DNA of 64,000 nt, taken from assembly GCA_963664195.1 (NCBI GenBank), contig OY760907.1, positions 1,024,001 through 1,088,000 on the forward strand, given 5' to 3'. Numbering within the stretch: the stretch's first letter is position 1; every line of letters starts with the position of its first letter. The notes beneath the pieces were generated by a model. That model saw only the letters and a list, made by a program, of their open reading frames with translations. It did not search any database and was not told where the DNA came from. The position numbers were made by a program, and so were the translations under genes. Below, piece by piece: positions 7,982 through 18,098 of this stretch. The stretch comes from an uncultured candidate division Zixibacteria bacterium (GTDB taxonomy: Bacteria > Zixibacteria > MSB-5A5 > GN15 > FEB-12).

Positions 7982-10726
7982 ATGACTCCCTCAACACGGC
8001 TGCACCTGTCCGAACGACATCGCGGCCTGCTGCTAATAACAGGTCTGCTGTTGTTGGCGCTGGCCGGCCCCGCAACCGCCGGACGGCACGTGATTTCCTC
8101 TCTACCATATACGTTCAACGCGGGCATGCATTCCGGTGACGCCGTCGATACCCTCGTCCTCGGCAGCAGCCGATTGAACGCCAGCGGCAGTGGCATCAGT
8201 CTGGCGGCAGACTATGGAGCTGTACTCCACGGCGTCCTGCTTGATCTCGGGGATGATACCATCTCGTACGGTGAAGGCGGCGGCGACGGTGCCTGCGGCG
8301 TTCGCACATCCGGCTCCAGTTCGTACATGCCGTACAATATCGAGATTCGCGGCGGGTATGTACTGCACGGTACCCCAAACTCGAATGCCGACGGCTGTCA
8401 GGCCCTGTACGTCCGAGGACACGACATCACGGTTCGAAATGTCACCGCTACCGTCCGGGGCAACAACGGCCAGGTGTATCTCAGCAATGGCGCGTCGGTG
8501 TACAACAACGAGATCGACGGCGGTCGGTTCACCAGCTACGTGACGGGATATGACAGCCGCTGCAACTACGACGCCTGTGTGGTCGAGGTCAGCAACCTTT
8601 ACACAACTACGCTGGAGAGCACCGGCGCTGACTATCATATATACATTCACGATCTAACAATCGCCGATGGTCCCCATGTCGGCATTGCCATTCTCGGCCG
8701 TGAGGGCGGCGACCACAAAGCAGTGGCACGTATTGAGAGTAATAACATCACTACCGATGCCCGCAACACGTTTTACCCCAGCAATGACGGTCTCTGCCAT
8801 TCATCCTCGAATCCGTACGGCATTACCTGCCGCAACAGCGGCGCCGGGACGAGGATAACAAACAACACCATAACTTCAGGTACCGATTGGGGAGGAAATC
8901 GCGGCATCCTGATCGAGTACGGAGCGGGTACCTCGACAAACCCGATTATCATTCGAAACAACTACGTGGATGTTCACGAGGGGCCAAATGTCGAGTACGG
9001 CGACGGTCTTCCTGCCCACGGACTGAGAATCAGATACTCACCGCGAGACATCCAGGTCGAAAACAATACGTTCATCGGCACCGGAGACGCTGATCCGGGA
9101 ACCGACCATTACGGCTCGCAGGTGCATACAATCCGGATCACCAATAACTCTTCGGCCGCCAACATCCACATTCGCAACAATGACATACGAGCAGTTTCGC
9201 TATCCTCGAGTAGCAGCATGTCCGTCAACGCGATTACGCTCGATGCCATCGACTACGACTCCACTGTCTGGCTGGAACACAATCGAATCAGGAGTTCCGG
9301 CACGGTTTACAAGATTGGTGATTACAACGGCGGCGCGCGCGGCAATGTCATTATAGGGGACACCATCTCGTTCGACGGAACACTCGTCAATCCACGAACC
9401 TTCCACGTCGGTCATCTCGGCAACAATTGGGATTGCTCCAACAACGTCTCGGAGGACATCGTGTACGAAGGCGGCACCGCCGACAGCGATATCGAAATGG
9501 CTCACGCCGGCACCCTGGAACTGAGCCTGCAGCGGATCCTCTCGGTAGTAGTGCGCGGCTCCAACAACCAGCCGGTGTCATCGGCCACGGTCACTGTCAC
9601 TAACAATTACGGCCGTACCGTCCTTACCGGCGTGACCGGCTCAAACGGCACCGTCACCGGCCCGGTGACGTATTTCTACGCCTCCAGAACCTCGGACTCG
9701 TCGAACTTCAACAACTTCACGGTCAGGGCCAGACGGGGCAGCGACAGCGCGATCACCTCACTCAACGTTAGCGCTTCCTCCCCCTCTCCGGTGCTAGTAC
9801 TCCCCGGCACCTCGGGAACTCCAGATACGATTCCCCCTGGAGTCATCGAAGACCTCGGAGCAGAACCGGGAGTTGAAGACGGGACAATCGATTTGAGCTG
9901 GACTGCCCCCGGCGATGATGGCAGCGTCGGCACGGTCGCGTCCTATACCATACGATACTCACCGGCACAAATCACTGAGGGCAACTGGTCCTCGACTGAG
10001 ATGTATGCTAATTCCCCGCCCCCACTGGGGGCGGGGAGCGACCAGACATTAACTATGTCCGGGCTTGAGCCGGGCATAGTCTTCTACGTGGCAATCCAGG
10101 CCACAGATTCCGCCGGAAACCCCTCGCCGATTTCGAACGTTATCTCAGCCGAAGCCAAAATCACAGTTGCTGCCGGTGACGACGATATCCCGGAGCTTGC
10201 CTCCCCTGCCGATGATTCCGTGCTTGGCTCCAGCCAACCGACATTGATTGTCGCCAACGTCAACAACGATCTCAACAACGTCTACTACTTCCAGGTCTCT
10301 TCAGATCCGATCTTTGTTCCTATCGAGGCGATTTCGCCGCCGATCCCTCAGGAGAGCGGATACACCACGGCCTGGCGCGTTGACGTCAGACTGGAGGCCG
10401 ACCTGCCACACTACTGGCGGGTCAGGGTCAACACAAATCCGTACAGCGAACCCCGGTCGTTTCTTGTCAGCCCGCGCACGTATGCCTATCCCAACCCCTT
10501 TGTGCTGTCCGCCGCGAGCCAGGTCAGTTTTGTAGAAGTTGCGCAGGGAGCCCGACTTATCCTGACCACGGTCGCAGGAGACATCGTTCGCCACTGGATC
10601 AATGACAGCGGCAACGAAATCATCTGGGACGGCACCAATGAATCAGGCAACCCGATCTCATCTGGGACATATCTCTGGTATGTCGAGGATACCGACATCA
10701 GGGGTAAACTGATCGTCGTCCGATAG
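7982..10726 (+). CDS. Large secreted protein: right-handed beta-helix (pectin-lyase-like) region, carboxypeptidase-regulatory-like Ig domain, FN3 domain and FlgD/T9SS-like C-terminal domain
   Basis: AAGGAGG RBS before ATG 7982, signal peptide, Asn-ladder repeats (IESNNI, ITNNTI, IRNNYV, VENNTF), LSWTAPGDDG FN3 motif, and a C-terminal YPNPF...WDGTNESGNPISSGTY. Confidence 0.75.
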   Translation: MTPSTRLHLSERHRGLLLITGLLLLALAGPATAGRHVISSLPYTFNAGMHSGDAVDTLVLGSSRLNASGSGISLAADYGAVLHGVLLDLGDDTISYGEGGGDGACGVRTSGSSSYMPYNIEIRGGYVLHGTPNSNADGCQALYVRGHDITVRNVTATVRGNNGQVYLSNGASVYNNEIDGGRFTSYVTGYDSRCNYDACVVEVSNLYTTTLESTGADYHIYIHDLTIADGPHVGIAILGREGGDHKAVARIESNNITTDARNTFYPSNDGLCHSSSNPYGITCRNSGAGTRITNNTITSGTDWGGNRGILIEYGAGTSTNPIIIRNNYVDVHEGPNVEYGDGLPAHGLRIRYSPRDIQVENNTFIGTGDADPGTDHYGSQVHTIRITNNSSAANIHIRNNDIRAVSLSSSSSMSVNAITLDAIDYDSTVWLEHNRIRSSGTVYKIGDYNGGARGNVIIGDTISFDGTLVNPRTFHVGHLGNNWDCSNNVSEDIVYEGGTADSDIEMAHAGTLELSLQRILSVVVRGSNNQPVSSATVTVTNNYGRTVLTGVTGSNGTVTGPVTYFYASRTSDSSNFNNFTVRARRGSDSAITSLNVSASSPSPVLVLPGTSGTPDTIPPGVIEDLGAEPGVEDGTIDLSWTAPGDDGSVGTVASYTIRYSPAQITEGNWSSTEMYANSPPPLGAGSDQTLTMSGLEPGIVFYVAIQATDSAGNPSPISNVISAEAKITVAAGDDDIPELASPADDSVLGSSQPTLIVANVNNDLNNVYYFQVSSDPIFVPIEAISPPIPQESGYTTAWRVDVRLEADLPHYWRVRVNTNPYSEPRSFLVSPRTYAYPNPFVLSAASQVSFVEVAQGARLILTTVAGDIVRHWINDSGNEIIWDGTNESGNPISSGTYLWYVEDTDIRGKLIVVR

Positions 10727-11023
10727 TACGCTCTCCAATTACCAACACCAATCGCAGGAAACGCGCCGTTGAACAGCTCTCCTGCGTTGGCATCGCGCCA
10801 ACATAATGATCTTGGACCGCTATAGTCTCAGTTTTTCCTTGCATTTCGAGGCAAAACGCCTAGGTTAAGCGCTACGGGGCTCAACCGATACTTCCTATTA
10901 TGCGGGCTGAGCAACCGGAAACACCGGTTTGTGGTACAGGTATGCCCGCCACGGACTCACGTTTATTTGTCGCTGGCGTCGAGTTTGCCCCCTGAAAGCG
11001 GCAGCGCGGCGACAGGGAGGATT

Positions 11024-13198
11024 ATGATTAGGAAACTGATAGCCTTACTACTCCTGCTTGGCACTTCCGTTTACGCGGATGCCTCAGCACCGGTAAGTAT
11101 CGGGTACACAACAGACGGTCACGCCACCCTCGGCGTGCCGAGATACCGTGGCGGTCGACAGGGTGATACTCTGGTAATCGTTACCGCACAACACGGCAGC
11201 AACCAAACCGGCTGGATGATCTCCTATGACCGTGGTGACACGTGGAACGACGTTCGTGTTCAGTGGCAGGCCATGGCGGACGGAGTGCCGACCTGGTATT
11301 CATCAGACCACAGCGCTGCCTGGTTCGACGGCGGTTTGCATATCGTCTATCGGGCGGCCGGCGGCGATGATCCGGCGGGATACAGATACGTCGAAGCCCC
11401 TTACGCGGGCGAGTCGGATATGGAAACACCGGATATTCCCGCTCCCGGCACCAACACCTACTACCCGGTAGTCGTGGCGACGGGCGCTGACGATGTCTGG
11501 TTCTTTGACATGAACGAAGGCTCCAGCCGTGACAACCTGCGCTACTGGCACACCACTGACAGATTTGCAACGTCGCCGACGGTTGGTCGTGTAACGAGCA
11601 TGCCCGATGATCCCCAGAACGAATGGCGTATGGGAGCAATCATTGACGGCAGCGGCAACCCGAAAGTCAGCATCTTCGATTTTGAAACCGGGTTCACTAT
11701 CCACACCTACAACCGCTCACAGAATAGCTGGAGTGCCAAAACAGTGCACAGCGCGTCGCTGGGTGGATCCGGTCGGTACTATTGCCATACCGAGATGAAC
11801 GGTTTAGACCATATCGCCTACACTGCCGGTGCCACCGGGCCGCTGGTGCATTTCTTCGAGACTTCTCCCGGTGCCTTTGACAGCACGATTGTTGATGACG
11901 TTAGTTACGGGCGTATCGCGCCGCAGTTCTGTGTATACGGCGAAGGCGCCTCAGCCAGATTGTATTGCGTGTACACGAACTCCGACGGCGTGTCGTACGC
12001 CAAGAGCTGGACCTCGGCAGACGGATGGGACGACACCGCGACTAGAATTTCCGGCAGCGGCCACAACTCGGAAGACCCGGCAATGGTACCGTATATCCCC
12101 TCAAGCTGGGATTTCATCCCGATCTGGTACCAGGATGTCGGCGGCACGAATAACATGTTTTTCGTCAAGTTGGACGCCGAGACCGGCAGCGCGGTGCAGG
12201 ACAGCATCCCCCCCGACGATGTCCAGGACCTCGGTTATGGAAGCCCGACACAAAACAGCGTCACACTGAGTTGGACCGCTCCCGGCGACGACGGCAGCAC
12301 CGGCACGGCGGCCGCGTATGATATCCGGTATCACAGCGCCGCTATCGACGAGTCAAACTGGAGTTCAGCCACGGAAGTGACCGGCGAGCCGGCCCCCGGA
12401 ACAGCCGGAAGCTCAGAGTCGTTTGAAATCACCGGCCTGGGTGACGCCCGCACCTACTATTTTGCGATCAAGACAGTCGACGAGTCCTCAAACTCGTCGA
12501 CTCTCTCAAACGTCATAACCGCCCAAACCCTGTCGGACACCACTCCGCCGGCGGCGATTGGTGATCTTTCGGCCATCCCGGGGGGCGATCATGGCAGCAT
12601 CAATCTCACCTGGACCGCTACCGGTGACGACGGGCTCAGCGGATCGGCCAAGGGCTATTCCGTGCGGTATTCGACTGAGCCCATTACACCCGCGAATTGG
12701 CGCCATGCACGGTCCTATGGCACCGTGCCTACTCCGCTTCCGGCAGGTTTCAGCCAGTCGTTGTTGATGGAAGACCTGGTCCCGGATCAGTTGTACTATG
12801 TCGCCGTAGTCGCCACCGACAATGCTGACAACGAATCAACTCTCTCAAACGTTACCTCGGCCGTGGCTTTCGTTGATCTCTCCCTTGAAGTGATGGACTA
12901 TTCGGGCAGGGGTCTTCCCGGAAGGTTCCGCCTCGCCCAAAACTATCCGAATCCGTTCAACCCGGCGACAATTATCGAGTACGACCTCAACCACCATTCA
13001 TACGTCTCAGTCGTTGTCTACAACGTCATCGGCCAGGAAATTGACCGACTCGTCGACTCCTTCCAGACCCCCGGCCACTACCGAACCGTCTGGCACGGAA
13101 CCAATGCCGACAACGCTCCGGTAGCCTCTGGCGTCTACTTCTACCATATCTCCACCAAAAAACTCTCCGCAGCCCGCAAGATGGTTCTGCTCCGCTAG
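11024..13198 (+). CDS. Secreted protein: BNR/beta-propeller-like N-terminal region, two FN3 domains and a FlgD/T9SS type-A-like C-terminal domain
   Basis: GGAGG RBS, signal peptide, Asp-box SYDRGDTW, two WTA(P/T)GDDG repeats, and LAQNYPNPFNPATII...VASGVYFY...KMVLLR. Confidence 0.75.
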   Translation: MIRKLIALLLLLGTSVYADASAPVSIGYTTDGHATLGVPRYRGGRQGDTLVIVTAQHGSNQTGWMISYDRGDTWNDVRVQWQAMADGVPTWYSSDHSAAWFDGGLHIVYRAAGGDDPAGYRYVEAPYAGESDMETPDIPAPGTNTYYPVVVATGADDVWFFDMNEGSSRDNLRYWHTTDRFATSPTVGRVTSMPDDPQNEWRMGAIIDGSGNPKVSIFDFETGFTIHTYNRSQNSWSAKTVHSASLGGSGRYYCHTEMNGLDHIAYTAGATGPLVHFFETSPGAFDSTIVDDVSYGRIAPQFCVYGEGASARLYCVYTNSDGVSYAKSWTSADGWDDTATRISGSGHNSEDPAMVPYIPSSWDFIPIWYQDVGGTNNMFFVKLDAETGSAVQDSIPPDDVQDLGYGSPTQNSVTLSWTAPGDDGSTGTAAAYDIRYHSAAIDESNWSSATEVTGEPAPGTAGSSESFEITGLGDARTYYFAIKTVDESSNSSTLSNVITAQTLSDTTPPAAIGDLSAIPGGDHGSINLTWTATGDDGLSGSAKGYSVRYSTEPITPANWRHARSYGTVPTPLPAGFSQSLLMEDLVPDQLYYVAVVATDNADNESTLSNVTSAVAFVDLSLEVMDYSGRGLPGRFRLAQNYPNPFNPATIIEYDLNHHSYVSVVVYNVIGQEIDRLVDSFQTPGHYRTVWHGTNADNAPVASGVYFYHISTKKLSAARKMVLLR

Positions 13199-13490
13199 GC
13201 AACCCCAGCTTCTCTTTCAGTTTACGCGCTTCATACAGACTTATCACCGGTTCCGTACACAGGTCAAGAGAATGCATTCCGGTCCGATAATAATGGCATA
13301 CCGTAAGGTGCATCTCCGACGCTCACGGATCAGGAACGGACGGAGGATTTTTGTGTTGTATTTATGTGCGGAACCCCTAAATTCCGGAGCGCTAAGCTGT
13401 GACGGTGCGGCATCATAGACAATCACGCGAAACGGTTCGCGCCCGGGCAAAACTGCATTCAACTTTTCGATAACATGAGGGGATGAAACC

Positions 13491-14459
13491 TTGGCTTTCG
13501 ACAAAAACAGTCTCGTAATCGACGCGGAAAAGGAAACGGAACGAATCTGCAAAGCTATGCGCCAACAGGCGGTCGGCCAATTCAAACGGCGCGGCGCGGT
13601 TCTCGGCATCTCCGGCGGTATTGACTCCTCGGTTTGTGCGGCCCTCTCGGCTAAAGCCTTCGGCCCCAAAAAAGTCCTCGGCGTTATGATGCCAGAAACA
13701 GATTCCTCGCCTGACAGCGAAAAGCTGGCCCGCGTGCTTGCCGACCGGTACGGATTCGAAACGAAAATGGATGCCATCGGCGAAGGTCTCGCCGGTCTTG
13801 GCTGTTATGAAAGACGTGACAGCGCCATAAAACGGGTCTTCCCAGATTTCAAACCAAGTTGGAAAACCAAAATCACCATCCCGACCAACATCCTCGAAAA
13901 GGACACGTTCAATTTCTTCCAGCTCGAAGTGATCGACGACAAGGGTGAGCAGCGCGGCAAAAGGCTTCCGATGGACGCCTATCTCCAGATCGTGGCAGCA
14001 TCGAACTTGAAACAGCGACTCCGGATGACCACCCTGTACTACCATGCCGAAGCCCGCAACTGGGCCGTGGTCGGTACCGGCAACAAAGATGAACACCTTC
14101 AGGGGTTCTTTGTGAAGTACGGCGATGGCGGAGCAGATTTCAAGCCGATTGCCCACCTGTTCAAAACACAGGTTTTCCAGATGGCCGAATACCTCGGCGT
14201 CCCCGACGAAATTCTCGATCGCACGCCGACAACAGATACGTACAGTTTTGAGCAGACCCAGGAGGAGTTCTTCTTCGGGTTGGATTTTTATCGCATGGAC
14301 ATGCTCTGGTTGGCCATGGAGAAAAACATCCCGCCAGCCGAAGTTGCCGCGGTGATAGATATTACGCCGGAACAGGCCGAACGCGGCTACCGGAATATCC
14401 AGAGAAAGATTACCGCGACGGAATACCTGCGTATGCCGCCGCTGGAAATCGACGACTAA
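13491..14459 (+). CDS. nadE: NAD+ synthetase (NadE)-family ATP pyrophosphatase, divergent paralog
   Basis: PP-loop SGGIDS, NLKQRLRM, GTGNKDE, KYGDG and KTQV motifs, plus a long internal insertion. Confidence 0.75.
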   Translation: MAFDKNSLVIDAEKETERICKAMRQQAVGQFKRRGAVLGISGGIDSSVCAALSAKAFGPKKVLGVMMPETDSSPDSEKLARVLADRYGFETKMDAIGEGLAGLGCYERRDSAIKRVFPDFKPSWKTKITIPTNILEKDTFNFFQLEVIDDKGEQRGKRLPMDAYLQIVAASNLKQRLRMTTLYYHAEARNWAVVGTGNKDEHLQGFFVKYGDGGADFKPIAHLFKTQVFQMAEYLGVPDEILDRTPTTDTYSFEQTQEEFFFGLDFYRMDMLWLAMEKNIPPAEVAAVIDITPEQAERGYRNIQRKITATEYLRMPPLEIDD

Positions 14460-14532
14460 GACAGCAAATACTTGTGAGCGATAAATCGGGACAAACAACC
14501 GTCCCGCATTGTCACGCGTAGAAAGGACAGAC

Positions 14533-14796
14533 ATGCCAGTCGAAAGTGCGGAAGCGGTTCGCGGCGAATTGAGAGACTTCATTGCCGAGACGTTTTTCCT
14601 CGGAGACGAAGCGCTGGAATTCAGTGACGGTGATTCCTTCATGCAAAAGGGCATCATTGATTCCACCGGCGTCCTCGAATTGACGTCGTTTATCGAAGAG
14701 AAGTACGGCTTTGCCGTTGAGGATGAGGAAATGACTCCAGATAATCTGGATTCGATTGACAACCTCGTCGTTTTCATAGGCCGTAAGGTAAGCTGA
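14533..14796 (+). CDS. Acyl/aminoacyl carrier protein
   Basis: Acidic 87-aa protein with a GIIDSTGVLEL phosphopantetheine-site motif. AAGGA RBS before ATG 14533. Confidence 0.85.
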   Translation: MPVESAEAVRGELRDFIAETFFLGDEALEFSDGDSFMQKGIIDSTGVLELTSFIEEKYGFAVEDEEMTPDNLDSIDNLVVFIGRKVS

Positions 14797-14804
14797 CCGA
14801 CCGT

Positions 14805-16361
14805 ATGAAACTAGCTGACCTGCTGGAACACAGTGCCGCGGCACATCCTGAGAGTGTGGCAGTGACTCACGGTGACCGGAGTATCACTTTTCATGATCTC
14901 TGGCAAGCCTCAATGCGTCTGGCCGGATATCTCCGGCAACTGGACGCACCGGGGGGGTCACGCATTGCGATTCTGTTTGAGAACTCGCTTGATTATGTCA
15001 TCAGTTATTTCGCGGTCACCAAAGCCGGGTTTGTAATAGTACCGCTCGACACCTCGGCCAAACCGGAAACGCTGCGTGGCATTGTCGACGACTGCGAACC
15101 ACACACATTGTTCTGCAGCGCACGGTTCCGCCGGTATCTGCCGACCGTTCTTGGCGAATCCTCACCCCTCAAGAGAATCATATCCGACAGGGACATGAAG
15201 GTCGATCTCGGTTCAATAGAGACGTTTGTCCTGTCGGAACTCATCGACACTCAATCGGCAACCGGTAATCTCGAGGCACCACGTACATTCGAGTTGTCAT
15301 CCGATGACTCCCCGTCCGATCTCGCGGCGATTTTCTATACCTCCGGCAGTACCGGCAATTCCAAGGGCGTGATGCTTTCGCACCGCAATCTGGTGTCCAA
15401 TACGCTGTCGACAGTAGAGTATCTCCGGCTCAAAGCAGAGGACAGCGTCATCGTGATTCTGCCGTTCTACTACATTTACGGCAATTCACTTATGCTGACC
15501 CACATTGCCTGCGGCGGACGGTCAGTCGTTGACAATCGTTTCCTGTACCCGGAAGTCGTCCTGGATACAATGGAGTCAGAGAAGGTCACCGGATTTTCCG
15601 GAGTGCCGTCCAATTTCATTATCCTGCTGAACAAATCGACCCTGACCGAACGCAAACTCGAACACCTTCGCTATTTCACGCAGGCCGGGGGAGCCATGGC
15701 GCCGGAAATCACGAAGCGGTTGATCAGCGCCTTCCCCGAAAAAGAAATCTGGATCATGTACGGTCAGACCGAGGCCGCCCCGAGGGCGTCTTACCTGCCG
15801 CCGGAACGACTTGAAGAGAAACTCGGGTCCATTGGTATTGCCGTGCCCGGAACAACGCTCAGACTCGAAGACGATAACGGTGATCCGGTTCCACAGGGAC
15901 AGACCGGCCAGATAATAATGTCAGGTCCCAATGTCATGCTTGGCTACTGGAACAATCCGGGTGACACGGCAGAGGTGATACGCGACGGTTGCCTGCTGAC
16001 GGGCGATCTGGCCAAACAAGACGAAGACGGCTATTTCTATATCGTCGGGCGGATGAAAGAAATCATCAAGACTGGCGGCAATCGAGTGGCGGCCAAGGAA
16101 GTGGAAGAGTGTCTGCTGAAAAACGAGGACATTCTTGAGGCCTCCGTGTTTGGTGTTCCCGACGAGTTGCTGGGTGAGGCAGTCAAGGCTGTGGTCGTGC
16201 TTCACGACGGTCATCGTTCCAGCGAAAAGGAAATTCAGGATCACTGCAAACAGCTTCTCGCCCCCCACAAGGCACCCAAGAGTGTAGTGTTTGCCGATTC
16301 GCTGCCAAAACTGCAGTCAGGAAAAATCGACAAGCAACTTCTGGCCAGCCAGCATGCGTAG
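14805..16361 (+). CDS. Class I adenylate-forming enzyme (acyl-CoA/acyl-ACP ligase)
   Basis: YTSGSTGNSKG, YGQTE, TGDLA, GRMKEIIK and LPKLQSGKIDK motifs. Confidence 0.9.
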   Translation: MKLADLLEHSAAAHPESVAVTHGDRSITFHDLWQASMRLAGYLRQLDAPGGSRIAILFENSLDYVISYFAVTKAGFVIVPLDTSAKPETLRGIVDDCEPHTLFCSARFRRYLPTVLGESSPLKRIISDRDMKVDLGSIETFVLSELIDTQSATGNLEAPRTFELSSDDSPSDLAAIFYTSGSTGNSKGVMLSHRNLVSNTLSTVEYLRLKAEDSVIVILPFYYIYGNSLMLTHIACGGRSVVDNRFLYPEVVLDTMESEKVTGFSGVPSNFIILLNKSTLTERKLEHLRYFTQAGGAMAPEITKRLISAFPEKEIWIMYGQTEAAPRASYLPPERLEEKLGSIGIAVPGTTLRLEDDNGDPVPQGQTGQIIMSGPNVMLGYWNNPGDTAEVIRDGCLLTGDLAKQDEDGYFYIVGRMKEIIKTGGNRVAAKEVEECLLKNEDILEASVFGVPDELLGEAVKAVVVLHDGHRSSEKEIQDHCKQLLAPHKAPKSVVFADSLPKLQSGKIDKQLLASQHA

Positions 16362-16518
16362 AAAAACGGGGAGCGTTTCAAGTTTGCCACGGGCGATTGA
16401 AACGCCTTAATTGGACAAGAGGATTCTGTTGAACTCTGCGGCGCGAATTGACGTATAATCTGTCACGCACGGGGTCGGCAGCAACCAGACGAGTCTTTGT
16501 TCCAGAGGAAGAATACCG

Positions 16519-18033
16519 ATGCAAAAACGCAGTAGCAGCATGTACGACGTTCGCGATATTTGGGCTATCGCATGGAAACGCAAGTGGATGATCTTCATCC
16601 CGTTGGTCCTTGTGGCCTCGGCCACCTTCGGTCTGTCCTACCTCATTGAACCGGAATACGAAGCCTCTACCATTATTGCAATTCATCAGGATGTCCCCCT
16701 GACAACCGAACTGCAACGATTGATTGGAACCGATGACCGGGTCGGCCGCAATAACCAACGCCGCGACCAACTACTCAGTATACTGAACGAATTGACTTCG
16801 ACCGCGTACCTCTCTATGCTGGTGGAACGGCTGCATCTTGACGACGATCCGTCACTTGACTCAAAAGCGCGCAGCCTCCTTGGCAATCAACCGGAGGCGG
16901 CGCTCCAGGCGCTGAAGTTCAGCCTGCTTCAGGGTCGCTTGAAGGAAAAGATCGACATCTCGTTTGCCGGTCAGGACCAGGTGATGATTACCACTCAGTC
17001 AACTGATCCGGGTAAGGCTCGCGATATCGCCAACACGCTGGGCGATATCTATATCAAGGAAAAACTCAAGCAAGAACTGACGTCCATTCGTTCCTCGCAG
17101 GATTTCTCCGACTTCCAGCTTCAGAAGTACGAAGCCCAGCTCCAGGCCAAGATCGACGAACGCACGGCTGTCGAAAGACGCCTGCTTCAGATTCAACTGG
17201 ATGAATCGGTTACCTCCGAATCAAACCGAAGCCAGATTCTCTCGGAGATCGACCGCTCCAATCAGGATGTTCGCGATCTCAGGAGCGAAGAAAAAATCGT
17301 TCTCGCGACTCTGGCCCCGATAGAGGGAATTTCCGCCAATAACCTGACTCTTCGCGAGTCGGCCGAACACAAAGAACTCAAGAGTGAGTTGCGCGGATAC
17401 GTGCGCAATCTCGGCGACCAAATCGGCAAATACCTCTGGAGTGATCCCCAGATACTAAATTCGAAAGTACGACAGAATACAGCCCTCACAGCCCTCGAGC
17501 TGGCCAACAAGACACAGGTGAATCAACAGTATGCACAGTTTGACGAGTCGGTGCGCGACAATCTCGTCAGGCTGTTTAACATTCGTTCAAACCTGGACCA
17601 CCTGTACTCGAAAGCCTCGTATCTTACTTCTGCACTCGATGAGTTGGAAGCCAAGATGAACCGCATTCCCGAACTCCAGGCGCAACTTAATCGTCTGACT
17701 GAAGAAATCGCTACCGCGACCGATTTGCGAGATCGTTTCGAACGCCAGCAGGAAAGCTCAACCATTTCGCAGGCCCTCCTCGAGGATGCTTCGTCTTCGA
17801 AATACAAAGTCGTTGAACCGGCCAAGCGCCCGCTGGAACCGGTCAAACCTGATCGCAAACAGATCCTCCTCATGGGCATAGCGCTGGGACTGATGATTGG
17901 TTGTGGTGCGGCAGTAGTCATGGAGTTGCTCGACAACTCACTGAAGAAGGTCGAAGAAGTTGAGGAGTTCATCGGACTGCCGGTGCTCGGCATTGCCCCC
18001 AAAGCCGACTTCATGAAAAAAATGGCGGGCTAA
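16519..18033 (+). CDS. Polysaccharide chain-length determinant / co-polymerase (Wzz/GumC/Wzc N-terminal type)
   Basis: Two TM helices flank a long coiled coil. A proline-rich VVEPAKRPLEPVKP precedes TM2, and the tail contains GLPVLG. Confidence 0.8.
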   Translation: MQKRSSSMYDVRDIWAIAWKRKWMIFIPLVLVASATFGLSYLIEPEYEASTIIAIHQDVPLTTELQRLIGTDDRVGRNNQRRDQLLSILNELTSTAYLSMLVERLHLDDDPSLDSKARSLLGNQPEAALQALKFSLLQGRLKEKIDISFAGQDQVMITTQSTDPGKARDIANTLGDIYIKEKLKQELTSIRSSQDFSDFQLQKYEAQLQAKIDERTAVERRLLQIQLDESVTSESNRSQILSEIDRSNQDVRDLRSEEKIVLATLAPIEGISANNLTLRESAEHKELKSELRGYVRNLGDQIGKYLWSDPQILNSKVRQNTALTALELANKTQVNQQYAQFDESVRDNLVRLFNIRSNLDHLYSKASYLTSALDELEAKMNRIPELQAQLNRLTEEIATATDLRDRFERQQESSTISQALLEDASSSKYKVVEPAKRPLEPVKPDRKQILLMGIALGLMIGCGAAVVMELLDNSLKKVEEVEEFIGLPVLGIAPKADFMKKMAG

Positions 18034-18098
18034 GCCGGTTGGAGGGCGAACCTGCCTCCAAAAACTTGCTGCCTTCCCATATCCAGAAGAACTCGCCG

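Noticed and set aside
10848..10950. GGCAAAAC…GCTACGGGGCTCAA and a nearby hairpin, faintly like a c-di-GMP-I riboswitch
   Set aside because: The GNRA tetraloop stem and the second GCAAA motif are missing. It cannot be supported without a covariance-model search.
13413..14777. 454-aa minus-strand ORF
   Set aside because: Antisense to the nadE-like and ACP genes, which have clear motifs.
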